Assembly: GCA_051294375.1 (NCBI GenBank)
Contig: CM119267.1
Span: 11,977,553 to 12,041,552 of the forward strand
From: Paraspadella gotoi
Lineage: Eukaryota; Animalia; Chaetognatha
Direction: 5' to 3'
DNA length: 64,000 bases
Shown here: positions 12,535-26,000 of the stretch, piece by piece
Position numbering within the stretch: position 1 is the first letter of the stretch
Layout: the number at the start of each line of letters is the position of its first letter
The notes under the pieces: generated by a model
The model's input: the letters and a program-made list of their open reading frames with translations, nothing else
Told to the model about the DNA's origin: nothing
Databases searched by the model: none
Translations under genes and position numbers: made by a program

Positions 12535-14997
12535 GAGTATTTTTTTAAAAATTTTCTTCTGTTCGACTGGGCAATGTCAGGAACAAACTCTTGTGGAATC
12601 TCGATTAAATCTTTGTGGAAATTCGTATAAACAGCCATTTCCGGTCTCTGCTATTTTTTCCGGTTTAAAGATATTGATACAATGCAAATACAAATCTTAT
12701 AGATATTTTTTATTGGAATGAATCTAATAAATCATAAAATATCATTAAAAAATTATTTAAAATTGGATATTAGTATAACACGAAATCGATAAATTTGACG
12801 CTCGTGGCACTATGACCTCCCTTGGAGAGGCGAGATCTATTTAAAAAATATTTGGAAGGCTGTTTTTTTTTTTAAAGAATGTTTAAATACGAAAAGAAGG
12901 ACACTTTTTACCACTTTCTATGACCATTTTCAGCGGAAAAAAGTGTCTCGTACTTCTTCGTGCTTACTTAGTGATTCCTTTGCGACACTGTAATAATATA
13001 TCAAGAGAAAAATACATTGGATCAGTAGCCACAGCTTCGTGAGCACAAAGGAATCACTAAGTGAACACGAGGGGTGGCCTATCACAGTAAGTTGGGTCGA
13101 AAATTTCAATTGAGCACTCAAGAACAAAAAAATTATTTGAATGACCGAACAATAGGGTTGAGTGAAAGTTTGGAATTGTGGACAAACAATTTAGCAGTGA
13201 TATCTTGAAAACTATTTTATTAGTGAATACTAATCTATAGTTATTTTTCTTTTTTTATAAATATAGTAGCCGAGTCAGCTTATTTTGTATATAGTACTAC
13301 CCTTATATAATGTCAAAATTTCAAAATGTTTTTTTTAAATTCTGAGAACTGCTCAAACGAAAATTTTAACATTTTTTTAAAAAATGAGGATAGACAAAAA
13401 AAATTTAACATGACTCTACCTTATATATTAATTTTTTAATATTTATAGATAGGAAAGGGTAAAAAATTTTTTAAAATTTATTTATTTTTAGATCAGATTC
13501 AGGTAGCTTGCAAAAAGTTGTCTACACAAAGTATAATTCTTTTTCTGATATTTTGATCATAAGTGGGTGAAAATAATCTTTCGATAATTTTGCGCATTTT
13601 TCTTAATTTTAAGCAAGAACACGTAAGACTTTTTAAAAGTTGTAATTATATTTTTCATTTAAATTTTTGTGCTCTATCAGAATCCATCAATTCAAGATTG
13701 ATTAAAAAATTTTGATAGCAACAAGAAAAGCATTATAATTAAAATTTAAAATTTTCTACCTGAAAGTAGACATCAAGTCTAAAGTTTTGTACCCCAGCCT
13801 CGTTTGATTTTAATTTCATAGTAGATATGGGTCCCAACACCTCTGCTATAAAATATTAATCAGTAACTCATGATAGCTGAGGGGAGAAAAGAGTAATGAA
13901 TCAATTAAATAATTATCAATGATGAATGAATGAATAATCCATGAATCTTTGATACTTTATTTAAATAAGACAATCAATGAATTAAATCCACAAATGTTTC
14001 TACGCATTTCCACAAAGATTTAATTGAGATTCCACGAGTTTGTTCCTGACAGCAACATTTTTTTTAATATAAATTTTAATATTGATCTCCTTTCGTCTGA
14101 GGCGGTTAGATATATATATATATAGTATTTTAGTAAACCATGCTGGCGCACACAAAATCGACACATTGAATTTTTAATGAAAGAGGCTGTTCTATATTCT
14201 AATTTTTAATTTCCCGCTTTTGCATAAAAGATTAATTTGTTATAATTTTGTCTAAACTAAGCGGCATGCCGCCTCATGCGATCTGGCATCTCGGTTAGAT
14301 CCTTTTTCTATGTCGCTCTTTTCTTCTCGCGCGCGCTTACTACCTTTTTTACTTTTAATTTTTGTTTCCTTCAGACTTCAACCGTTTGTTGTTTTAAAAT
14401 AACTTATTTATTGAAATTAGACGTGATCCAGTAATTCCGTATTGAACCCAGCAAAGCCTTCCATTTTTTAATGTGCATATTAAACAACTACTTATTATAT
14501 TTTTACAAATAGAAGGGTTAATTTCTGTTCTTGCATTGCTAGTTTTCGTATTGTAACTTTAAAAAAATAATTAATAATTCATGTTGGCAGGCAACGTGAT
14601 TCGTGATTTTGTTTACATATTTTGACGATTGACTTTTGAACCATTCCATTTTAGTTCATTTATATCTAGCAGTTAGTGCTTCATGAAATGGTCATTTCTT
14701 CTAATGGCTATTTTCAATAAGTTTAATCATTAATTACAACAAAATACGAATTAGGCTTGTCTCTCTTTTTCACACTCCAGTGGAGTTTCAGCATTCTATA
14801 TATTTTGCTTCTGCTTTCTCTACACGTTTTTGTTAATTTCTATTGGCAGAGCAAAGTTTTTGTCTTGGTTTTTTGGATTCCCCCTCCCCAATTTTTTTCC
14901 CACCGGAAAAAAAAAACAACTGAAAGCCGTTCAGATGAAACGTTTTTAACATCTCTCACGCGCAAGCGCGTACGCCCCCAGAATTAAAAATTTTGAA

Positions 14998-17900
14998 ATG
15001 GCTTCCGTACGAGTCGCGGTGCGCGTGCGACCCCTCAACCAGAGGGAGATCGGCAAAGGGTCTCCGGTCATCATTTGCATGGAAGGCAAGAAGACGAAGA
15101 TCACTAACCGCAAGATCGTCGTCGAAGGAGAGAGCGACATCCGTTCCTCCGAGGGCAGAGAACGCGTTAAGGAGTTTGTCTTTGACTATTCTTACGACAG
15201 CATGGACTCGGCCCAACCCAATTTCGCGAGTCAGCAGCAAGTCTTCTCCGACTTGGGCACAGAGGTCGTTCAGAGGTAGGGGTTAAAGGCGACATAAGGT
15301 TTGGTTGATTGGAATGCCGTATGCGTTCCTCTTCGTTGTCAGCTCTTTCGAGGGATACAACGCCTGCGTTTTCGCCTACGGCCAAACCGGAAGCGGGAAG
15401 TCATATACGATGATGGGAGATGGAGACAATCCAGGTCTTATCCCGCGCATCTGCAAGGGACTTTTTAACAAGATGAACACGGGCTTGAGGGACGGCGCCG
15501 CTTCTTATCGAGTCGAAGTCTCTTATTTGGAGATATACAATGAACGCGTCAGGGATTTGCTCAAAGCGAGCAAGGCGGGCATTAACGCCCACGCCCTGCG
15601 CGTTAGGGAACATCCCAAAAACGGACCCTATGTTCAGGTACAACTTAAAAGGTTTAATGGTTCATGTTTGTTTGGTATTGGTTTTATTTTTTTTTTTTCA
15701 TTTTTAGGATTTATCTAAACACATTGTGATGGATTATGGAGATATCCAGGCGCTGATGGATAAAGGAAACGCTAATAGAACGACGGCTTCTACAAACATG
15801 AATGACACAAGCAGCCGTTCTCACGCTATATTTACCATCAGCTTCACTCAGGTAGTTTTTATTCGCTCGGCGAACAGTTTTTTTTTGACGCAAACCATTG
15901 GCCAATTTTATATGGTATAATGTCCACTTGGCCAGCTTATCTACGTAAATACCTCTGGTTTAAGAACTAAGAAATAAACCAAAAGTTTAATATTTCCTCA
16001 CAGGCTAAACTGGAGGACGGCATGCCGAGCGAAGTAACGTCGAAAGTGAATCTCGTCGATTTGGCGGGATCGGAGCGTGCCAGCAAAACTGGTGCTCAGG
16101 GTGATACTCTGCGAGAGGGAGCCAATATCAATAAATCACTCGTGAGTCGGTGATAATTTTTTTTTTTTCAGCGGGCGCGGTAAATGATCTTAATCGCTTT
16201 ATTTATATTGTTTCTCAGGTTACTCTGGGTAACGTGATCTCCGCCTTGGCCGACGCTTGCGACTCTCGTCGCGCCTCCGCCTCCCCTGGCGCCACCTCGG
16301 CCTCCGCCGCCGCCTCGAAAAAGATGGTTTTCATTCCCTACCGCGACTCTGTCCTCACTTGGCTGCTCAAGGACTCGTTGGGCGGAAACTCAAGGACCAT
16401 CATGGTCGCCACAATTTCGCCCGCCGAGGATAATTACGGCGAAACGCTAAGCACCCTAAGGTTCACAGGGGTTCTAGTCTGGGAGGGGCATATGTCAAAT
16501 GGGTTGTATTAAGTAAACGACTTGAATATCTTTTAACGTCCCCTTCGACTCTGATACCTCAGGGATTTTCACACCCCCTCTCCTAAATGAATTTTTACTC
16601 AAGGACGCGAGAGTAACGAAAAGAATAATCCTATGTAGCATAATGGAAATTCAATTACTTTTACTCCGCCAGATATGCCAACCGCGCCAAGAATATCCTC
16701 AACAAGCCTGTCATCAATGAGGATACGAATGTCAAACTTATTCGAGAACTCAGAGCCGAAATCGTCAGATTAAAGAATTTGCTTGGGAACGTCGACGTCG
16801 TCTTAGATCCGGCTATACAAGAGAGAATCCACGAAAACGAGGCCAAGGCCAAGGTCGGTTCAGTTCCGTCTTGAAGCGTTTTATCCCGAATTATTTTTCT
16901 AAATTTTCTCTCCAGCATATGCATATGAAATTGGTACAAACAATATAAAAATTATCCATTCATTTAATAAATAAGCTATCTTGCCCCTGACTTTGGACAG
17001 GCTTTGGTGTTTTAAGGTGTCCGTCACTCTTACAAGATAATGACATAGCAAGCTTTCAATCAAGACTCTCTCACAATCTCGTTTAGTCACTCCCAGAATA
17101 CCCGGCTTCCCTATCAATGAAGTGGCATAATGTTTCAAAGAATGTTTCAATTTTATGAAAAGACCACTCCCTTAAGTATGTGACTCAATAAGTGTTTTAC
17201 GAATTACACTCATATATGATTAATTCCACTTTTTTGTTAGAGAAAGTCGGCTTATTTTATGGTGGTTTTGTTTTATTCTTGACAAAAATTAAACTAAACA
17301 AAAGAAGTCAAAGAAATTGAAATCTCAAATGAAATGCACGTTAAATTTAAAAAAAAATAACGAAAAAAAAAAATAGCCAGGAAGCGACTTTAGTTATATT
17401 TTATAAAATATAGTATTAGTATCAATTGTATCGAGAAGTTTAAACGTTTTCTTTCGCGTTCCCTCTTTTCACTTTGTTCATCGTTCTTTGAATGTCCTTG
17501 GCTCTTCTCTTCTTTTCACATCCATAGCTGCTCCTCTTCATCCTCCTCCTCCTCCCTCCATATTTTCCTATCGCTCACGTTCTATTTCGCGACGGGGTGA
17601 CCTTGTCGAATTGTTATTCAGGTACTCACGGCGGAATGGACGGAAAAATGGCAAGCGACGCAGAGCCTATTAAGAGAGCGCAAAGACCTGCGCATTCAAC
17701 GCGAGAAGGGAGGCAAGGGCGTGGTCCTGGATTCTGAGTTGCCCCATCTTATCGGCCTAAACGACGATATGCTGTCAACGGGAATCACGTTGTACCACCT
17801 TAAGGAGGGCGCCACCCACATCGGCGCCGCATCTCTCACTCTGGCCGCCGTGTCCAGCCCCGACGAAGAAGGGGCCGGGGATGGCGACGTCGACGAGTCG

Positions 17901-20900
17901 CCCAACGACGAGCGTCCGCAACTCGCCCAACAGACCCCCGTCGACATTGTTCTTCACGGTCCGGAGATTTACCCGTTGCACTGTACTATCCATTACAACG
18001 TCAAAGCCAACGGGCAGGTCACCTTAACTCCTGCGCGCTTGGAGGCATCTTGTTGCGTCAACGGAACGCCGGTGCATGGCACGGTCAGGCTGATGCAAGG
18101 CGCTGTCATTTTGTTAGGCAGTACTTCCATGTTTAGGTGAGTTAAATCTTTACGTTATGATCACTTACCTAGTTTTGTATGTGATGCGGCTTCTGAATTA
18201 AAATGTTAGAAATATAAAAATATATATACACTATTTAATTTTTAAATCATGTCACGATTATAGTTCCGCATGAAATTGATACAATCAATAAAAATACAAT
18301 ACAAAATAATAAAATTTATCCCACATCTTGGGACGGACCATGATGGGTTTCGTCCCCTATTCTTCTTACAAGATAACAATGTAACATGATCCTGCAAGCT
18401 TTCAATTGAGATTCTTTCAGACATCAAAGCAATTTCATAAAAGGACCACTGCTCTCGCTAATATTATTTATTATATTTAATTCATAGATTCAATCACCCG
18501 GCTGAAGCAGCTCGTCTTCGCGCGGCCGTGGCCACGTCTTCACCCGAGCGCGGCAAATCTGGTGGGGTTCCCCAATCATTTCTCCGTCTGCGCGAGGCGG
18601 CAACGGGATTTCTTTCCAAGAGCATGTCGGATTTGGCGCGCATTAACGAGACTATCTACCATCGACCGAACGATGATAGCGCCGTTTCCGACGACCACAG
18701 CTCGCCGCCCTCGCCCGTCGAAGAAGACAACAACAACGTCGACGAGAACGACGAAAAAAAGCTTTTGGAGCAAAAACGACGAGAGTTGGACGAGCTGCGT
18801 GCCGAACTGGAGCGGACCGAGGCGGAGAGACTGCAAGAGGTCAGGCGAAAGGAATGGGAGTTGGAGCAAAAGAGGATTGTGTTGGAAAAGCTCAACGAAG
18901 ACGTCGCTTTAGCGCAGAAGAAAGTTTTGGGTGAGTTTTGCACATTTTCCCAAACCACTTAAAATGTTTGGATAAGTCACATTCGTTCCCACCTTTTATT
19001 TTTCTAATAGACGAAGAATCTCGTTTGAAGATTCCCTCTCCGGAAGGTTCTTCCGACGAAGGCGCCGAAATCGATGACGCTGCCCGCTATTCCCTCGAAA
19101 GGCGCCAGTCCAATTTAAAGCACGTCATCGAGGATTCCCTTCACGATCTGGCAAGGAAGGAGGAGGCGCACATCAACGCCACACTCACCGCTAAGTCCTC
19201 CATCACCAACGAATTGGAGAACTTTAGCGAAAGGGTCGCCGGTCAGAGGTCCGTCATGCTTCTCGAGTGGGAAAGGCTGGAAGAGGCGGCCTCCAAGCAG
19301 AGGTAAACGGAAAAACAAAACAAAAAAAATATTTTCTAAAATTTGTTTTCTTTCTCAGGCATCGGCTGGCATCAATAGAGGATTCTTTGAATCAGCGACG
19401 CGACGCTCTGCAGTGGGAACGAGACGAGGAATTGGCCAACTTGGAAAGAGAAGAAGCGGGGTTGTCTGATCTCAAGGTGGGTCAGCGGTTGTGTGTATTG
19501 GGGCCGACGTATTTAAGAGTACTAACGAAATTTTCGGGTGGGGCCTTTTTTAGGCCGAGTTGGCTCGAATTCTGGAGGAACAGGAGCGGACGCAGGAGCC
19601 GACGGAGGAGCGCATTGACCGCGAATCGAAGGCGCTGCTGGAGGCGAACGCGAAATTGATGGAGATGGAGGCGGAGCTGATCGACTCGCGCTCTGCTGAA
19701 GAGGTCGACATCGTCAAGAGGAAGGATCAACTCGAGGACGATCTCCGAAAGGAGTGGGAAGAATTAGAGGTAAAATATTTTTGGTTTTATTACGAGATTT
19801 TCCATAATTTTCATCGACGCTGAGTCTGTCGGCGTTTTTCCCTCTCATCTCACATAGAAAAGAAATGGTACCTGTGCTCAGGTAATAGGACGCGAAGCAA
19901 AACGGTGATTCGTCCTTTAGGTTTTTCTCGGAAAGCTTTATTTGTTACTTTTTGATTACTGATATGTAACCCTTTAACCGAACCTTCAAATTGGACTATA
20001 TCATGTCCGAAAGGCTGATGCCACTAAACCTGCGAACTGTGAAAGCTCATATATCGTTTGCCTTAATCCGTCTCTAGTAGCAACTTTGATGGTATTCCTT
20101 TTTTAAGTTTTATGCGTTCTATCGCGAACTGGTTGTATCCTCGAAGTCACTCTTTTCATCTTCCAATTGCTCACCAGGAGTCCAGTTACAAAGTTCGGGA
20201 ACGCGAGGAAAAAATGAACCAGCTCTTAGGCGCGTGCGCTTCGGAAAAGGACAAAGCCAAGATTATGGAAATTGAAGGAAAAGAGATTGGCGACGACAAG
20301 CGCCGAATTCAAGACGAAGAGGAAAAGCTCATGGCAATCGCTGCGGAGGTGAACCCAGTAACTTTGCCTTTCTTTCCATGCTACTTAAAACAAAATTAAC
20401 ATCAAAGAAAATAAAGAGTCGTTTGATGGTTGTCAGGTGGAGGCCATGTTTGAAGAAGAAGTGACGCAAATGGAAGAGAAAGCCGACATAAAGCGTAAAG
20501 TATTGGAAAAAGAGCGCGAGAGAATAAAGTCGATGGAAAAGAGAAGTCTACACTATGTTCAGAAAAAGATTCAGGAAAAAACAACCTGGATCGACGAGAG
20601 AAAAGCCAAGGTTTGTCTATGCCATCGTAACAGTTCAAAAACAACGTATAATTCTATGCAAAATTATAGCTACCGTATACAATTTTCTATTTTTTTCCGT
20701 TCTTAGGCCGAAGATCAACAGCGACTTCTCGCGGATCTGACAAAATCCAGTGACACAGAACGAATGGAGGCTGAATTAGCTAAGCAGGCTGTTTATGACG
20801 AAAAAGTGGCCCTGCTACATTCCGCGCTCAAGGAACATCAGGAAGCCACGAAAGCTTTGGAGGACATCGACAAGTTTGTATTGTCCCTTTTCGTTGAAGC

Positions 20901-22336
20901 TGGTAAAATTATTTTATTTTCTTAATTTTTCTCTCATCGTTATCTTTAAGGTGCAAGAGTGTGATGATGAAAAACATGCAATCTGAGATTGACACGATTG
21001 ATTTGCAACGAAAGAGATTGTTGGGACAAGTTTCTCCTTCGCCTCCCTTGGATTGTGCAGACGATGCAGGTGTGACACTCTGACCTTAAGAACTAAAAAG
21101 TGTTTTGACTTTATCAATTGAAGAATAATTTTGATTCGTAGCAACTTTCAAAACATTGGAACAAGAGTGCGTCTTCGACGCTGCCGAGTTGGAGTTGGCA
21201 CAACGGAAGCTTCTCGAAGCCTCGGACGAAGTGGAGCGCGTGAATTTTGACCTTTCTCAAATCGACGACGCTGAACGACTCAACTTGTTGGTACGTAAAG
21301 AAAAAAACAATTTGAAAATCTCGTCGCTCCATCGAAATTTTTCGACTCATATTTCTCTTCTTTTCCCACTTTTTCTTGCATAGGTGAATCAAGAGGTGGA
21401 TCGCAGGCTCTTCGAAGAAAAGCTCTTTCGCGAAAAGAGGATGGAAACGGAGCGCCAGGAGGAACGACGTCGTGGTCATGCGGAGTTAGAGCGCATGCGC
21501 CGAATGCACGCTCGCGAAGTTGAGCTGTTGAAGCGCCGTCTCAAAGCCGCTCACGAGGAAAATTCCAACTTGGTCTTGGAAGGGCAGACGAGAGCCAATC
21601 CTTACGGAAGGGCGTTTTCTCAGGTGAGGATTGAAGGCTCGACTTAATTCGCGGCTTATATCGATATTATAATTATATCGTGACTCTAATTAATTTAGGA
21701 CAGCACCGTTTCCAGGGATGATAAAACCAACTACCGGGGTTTTTCGCGGCCTCGCTCTCCCGGCGCTGGATATTATTTGGGAAACCAGATAGAAATATCT
21801 ATCCCGTCGTTCGTTCTCCGAGGCGGAGGAGGCGGCGACGAACACTACGCTTTTGAGATGCGAATCGTTGTTGGGGAAGAGGCTTGGACGCTTTTTAGAA
21901 GGTGCCAATAACAATAAAAATCGGATAGTTTTATAGATTACTGCATAATTTATGATTTTTTTAGTTTTAAATAAGATTAGCAACGAGCAAGTGGTAGTAG
22001 ATGAGACTAATGAAAAAGAATATTCCTAACCTTTCCATCCCCAGATATTCGCGCTTTCGTGAATTCCACATGTCCCTGAAGCGAATCTACCCCGAGGTCG
22101 CGGCGCTGTCATTTCCTCCCAAAAAGTTCTTCAGTTCTAAAAACGAGCGCTTCGTCGCGGAACGGCGTCAAGCGTTGGAGGAATATATGAGAAGAGTGTT
22201 GGAGATCTTGACCACCACCGCCGGTTATCCACTTGCGCTTTGTGACGGCCATCCCGTCACGAAAAAGGCATTTTCAGACTTTTCTCCGTTCTTCCGCAAA
22301 GGAATTTTTGAAACAACAAAGCATGCTACCAGTTAG
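14998..22336 (+). CDS. KIF16B: Kinesin-3 KIF16B/Klp98A-like (motor, FHA, coiled coil, PX); multi-exon
   Basis: [12 protein letters not shown] start, P-loop [47 protein letters not shown] region ([24 protein letters not shown]), C-terminal PX (RYSRFREFH...FPPKKFF...[10 protein letters not shown]). Canonical short introns. Confidence 0.93.
16928..17075. repeat. Dispersed intronic repeat (core AATAAGCTATCTTGCCCCTGACTTTGGACAGGCTTTGG)
   Basis: Near-identical copies at ~16960-17010, ~25750-25797 and ~30325-30380, with a partial copy at ~18365-18420. Confidence 0.75.
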
Positions 22337-23038
22337 ATACAGAACCGTGTTCTTTTTTTTCTGTTTGCAACACTATTATCGTGATATTTATTGTTTATTA
22401 TTTACCACTCGCATTCGAACTACGCGTAGATTTAATGAAGATTTATTTAGTGTAAGATTTAAATACTTATACAATCTAGATATAGTTGTTTATTAATTTG
22501 TGATAAAAAAAATAATGGTCAATGTCGTTCGAGTAAAGTACTATTTGAAAGAACAAACACCTCTTAAAGATTGAGTTAAAGTTGAAACATCTTCCTGTCT
22601 GGCTTCAATTGTTCATTAGTTGTTTTCTGCAAATTAATATATTTATAATTTTAAATTTCTTTTTTGTTCACCGAGTTTTTTCTCCAAAAAATTTGCTATG
22701 GTGTCGGACTTTTCCTTGGAATCTTCCTTATTTTGCTGGTTGATACGTACCTTTAACCAAGTGCCTTTTGTTTAACCTTGGCAAATGATTTTTTCAAGTA
22801 TTTACAAGTCGAACAGTTTCGTTATCAGTCATTCCAATCTGCAGGGACGTCTTGTTCAAAACCATGTGCTTTAAATCCTTTTTGCCATTTTTTGCCTTTT
22901 TAATGAACATTTTCTTATGTTGGAAATAAAATGGAAATCTCAGCCCTATATGTATTGAATTGCCTTTTTCTTGATGAAATGGAAAAAAATCATGAACGAC
23001 TGTTATTGAATTCACTTTTATTTAAAAGGTAGTACGTC

Positions 23039-26000
23039 ATGGCTTCCCTACAAGTCCCAGAAAGCATAAACTTTCCGCAAGAAGAGGAAAAGATATCAAC
23101 ATACTGGAAAGAGATTGATGCTTTTCAGGTGGGACTTATTTCATATTAAAACTTCGGCACATTTCCTTAATTTATAACCGTTTCTATTTTTTTCTCAGAC
23201 TTCACTAAAACTATCAAAAGGAAAACCGAGATACTCATTCTATGACGGGCCTCCCTTTGCTACTGGTCTGCCTCATTATGGTCACATTTTAGCCGGGACC
23301 ATAAAAGGTGTTCATCCTATAATCCTAAAATCATTTTTTTCCCAATATAACTAGTTTCTCTTAAACAGACACGGTGACTCGTTACGCCCACCAAACTGGT
23401 CACTATGTGGAGCGTCGCTTTGGCTGGGACACTCACGGTCTTCCTGTCGAGTATGAAATCGACAAAACATTGGGCATCACAGGACCACATGACGTGGAGA
23501 AAATGGGGATCGTGGCTTATAACAACGAATGTCGCAAGATTGTGATGCGCTATGCCGGTATGTAATTCATATATTCGGTTCTTTCTTATCTGACGTTTAT
23601 ACATGTTTACATCTCTCTTGGTAGATGACTGGCGCCACATCGTTACTCGACTTGGTCGTTGGATTGATTTCGATAAAGATTACAAAACTCTTTATCCGTC
23701 ATTCATGGAATCCGTTTGGTGGGTCTTCAAGGAGCTTTACTCCAAGGGTCTCGTCTACAAGGGATACAAGGTGATGCCGTTCTCAACCGCTTGTAACACA
23801 CCTCTTTCCAACTTCGAGAGTGGTCAAAACTACAAGGACGTAGTTGATCCTGCAGTCGTCGTCCGATTCCCGCTTTTGGAAGAACCAGAAGTCAGCTTGG
23901 TGGCGTGGACCACGACACCGTGGACGCTCCCCTCGAATTTGGCTCTTTGCGTCAATCCCGACAAGGTCTATGTTAAAGTTCGTGACAAGGAAACGAATTC
24001 TGTTTACATTATGATGGAGGCTCGCGCTTGCGAGCTCTACAAATCCGCAGAACTCTACGACGTCTTGGACCGTTTTAAGGGCAAAAGTCTGGAGGGAAAG
24101 AAATACGAGCCTCTCTTCCCCTACTTCGAGTCGAAGAGATCTCGCGGAGCTTTCCGCGTCCTGATTGATGGATACGTGACGGAGGACAGCGGCACAGGCG
24201 TTGTTCATCAAGCACCAGGATTCGGTGAAGACGATTTCCGTATCGCCACCTCCTACGGGATCATAAGAAAAGATGAACCCGCCGTATGCCCCGTCGACGC
24301 CAGCGGACGTTTCACCGAGGAGGTCATTGACTTTAAGGGACAATACGTTAAGGACGCTGACAAACATATTATGAAGTGGCTGAAAGAGAAGGGAAAGATG
24401 GTCAAACAAGCAACTTGCAACCACAGTTATCCCTTCTGCTGGCGATCGGATACTCCGCTTATTTATAAAGCGGTACCGAGTTGGTTCGTCCGTGTCGAGT
24501 CGATGGTTGAGAGCCTCCTCGAGAACAACCAAAAATGTTACTGGGTCCCGGGTTTTATTAAAGAAAAGCGTTTTGCCAACTGGTTGCACGATGCCCGCGA
24601 TTGGGCCATCTCGCGCAACCGCTACTGGGGAACCCCCATTCCGCTCTGGATCTCCCCCGATGGTGTCGAGATTGTGACGGTGGGCAGCGTGGCCGAGTTG
24701 GCCGAACTTTCTGGGGTCCATGTCGACGACCTTCACCGCGAAACTGTTGATGAAATCGTCATCCCGTCGGCCCGCGGACCTGACTTCGCCCCTTTGCGAC
24801 GTATTCCCGAAGTCTTTGACTGCTGGTTCGAGTCTGGCTCGATGCCCTACGCACAGGTGCATTATCCCTTCGAAAACAAACGCGAGTTCGAAGACGCTTT
24901 CCCGGCGGACTTCATTGCTGAGGGAGTGGACCAGACCCGCGGGTGGTTCTACACTCTGCTTGTGCTCGGGACGGCTCTATTCGGCAAGCCGCCATTCAAG
25001 AACCTCATTGTCAACGGTCTGGTGCTCGCCGCGGATGGACAGAAGATGAGTAAGAGAAAGAAAAACTACCCGGATCCAATGACCGTGGTCGACAAGTTCG
25101 GCGCGGATGCTCTCCGGCTCTACCTAATCAACTCTCCGGTTGTCCGAGCCGAGACTCTTCGATTTAAGGAGGAGGGGGTACGGGACGTTCTCAAGGATGT
25201 GTTTTTGCCCTGGTACAACGCCTTCAGGTTCTTGCTTCAAAACGTGCACCGTCTTCAGAAGGAGGACGGCGTGGTCTTTAACTACGATGAAGCCAATGCG
25301 GCTCGTTCCGAAAACTACATGGACAAATGGATTCTCTCCTTCACGCAGTCTCTCGTAACTTTCGTACAACGAGAGATGGCGGCCTATCGGTTGTACACCG
25401 TGGTGCCTAGACTCGTCAAGTTTGTAGACACCCTCACAAAGTGGTATGTGAGATCCAACAGAAAACGTCTGAAGGGAGAAGCGGGACGCGACGAGTGCCT
25501 GAGGTCGTTAGAGACCCTCTTTTCGGTCATCTTCACCATGGTTAAGATGATGGCGCCGTTCGTTCCGTTTTTGTCGGAACACATGTATCAGAAGCTTAGG
25601 TTGTTACTCGATCCAGAGAAACCCGCTTACAAGGTAACCGATACATAAAGGTCCTCAAACTTACGTATTAGGGTTAACTAGCCCCAGTTTCCTTGTAAAA
25701 ATATAAAAAGTATATGAAATTAATACAACCAATATAAAAATTATTAATTCATTTAATAAATAAGCTGTCTTGCCCCTGACTTTGGACAGGCTTTGCCTGG
25801 ATCTGGTGGATTAAAGCCTCCATAATATGTAATTTATAAAGGGAAATAAAAAAAATTGATTCTATGGCAACGGGGGGACATGTGTGATGCCTGGGGTGTG
25901 AGGCATCTCCCGACAGCTGGCGCTCAGGGCTTTGGACCTGCAGTGACCACCCCACGTCACTGGCGTGTTTATGCCGACACCATCACACTTTAACCAGCGT

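Noticed and set aside
20951-21071. TGATGA...CTGA suggesting a C/D snoRNA
   Set aside because: The segment is an in-frame KIF16B coding exon with proper splice sites.
23783-24862. 359-aa minus-strand ORF, and similar antisense ORFs over CAMSAP, NUP50, PAL and CECR2
   Set aside because: They are shadows of GC-rich + strand exons with no recognisable motifs.
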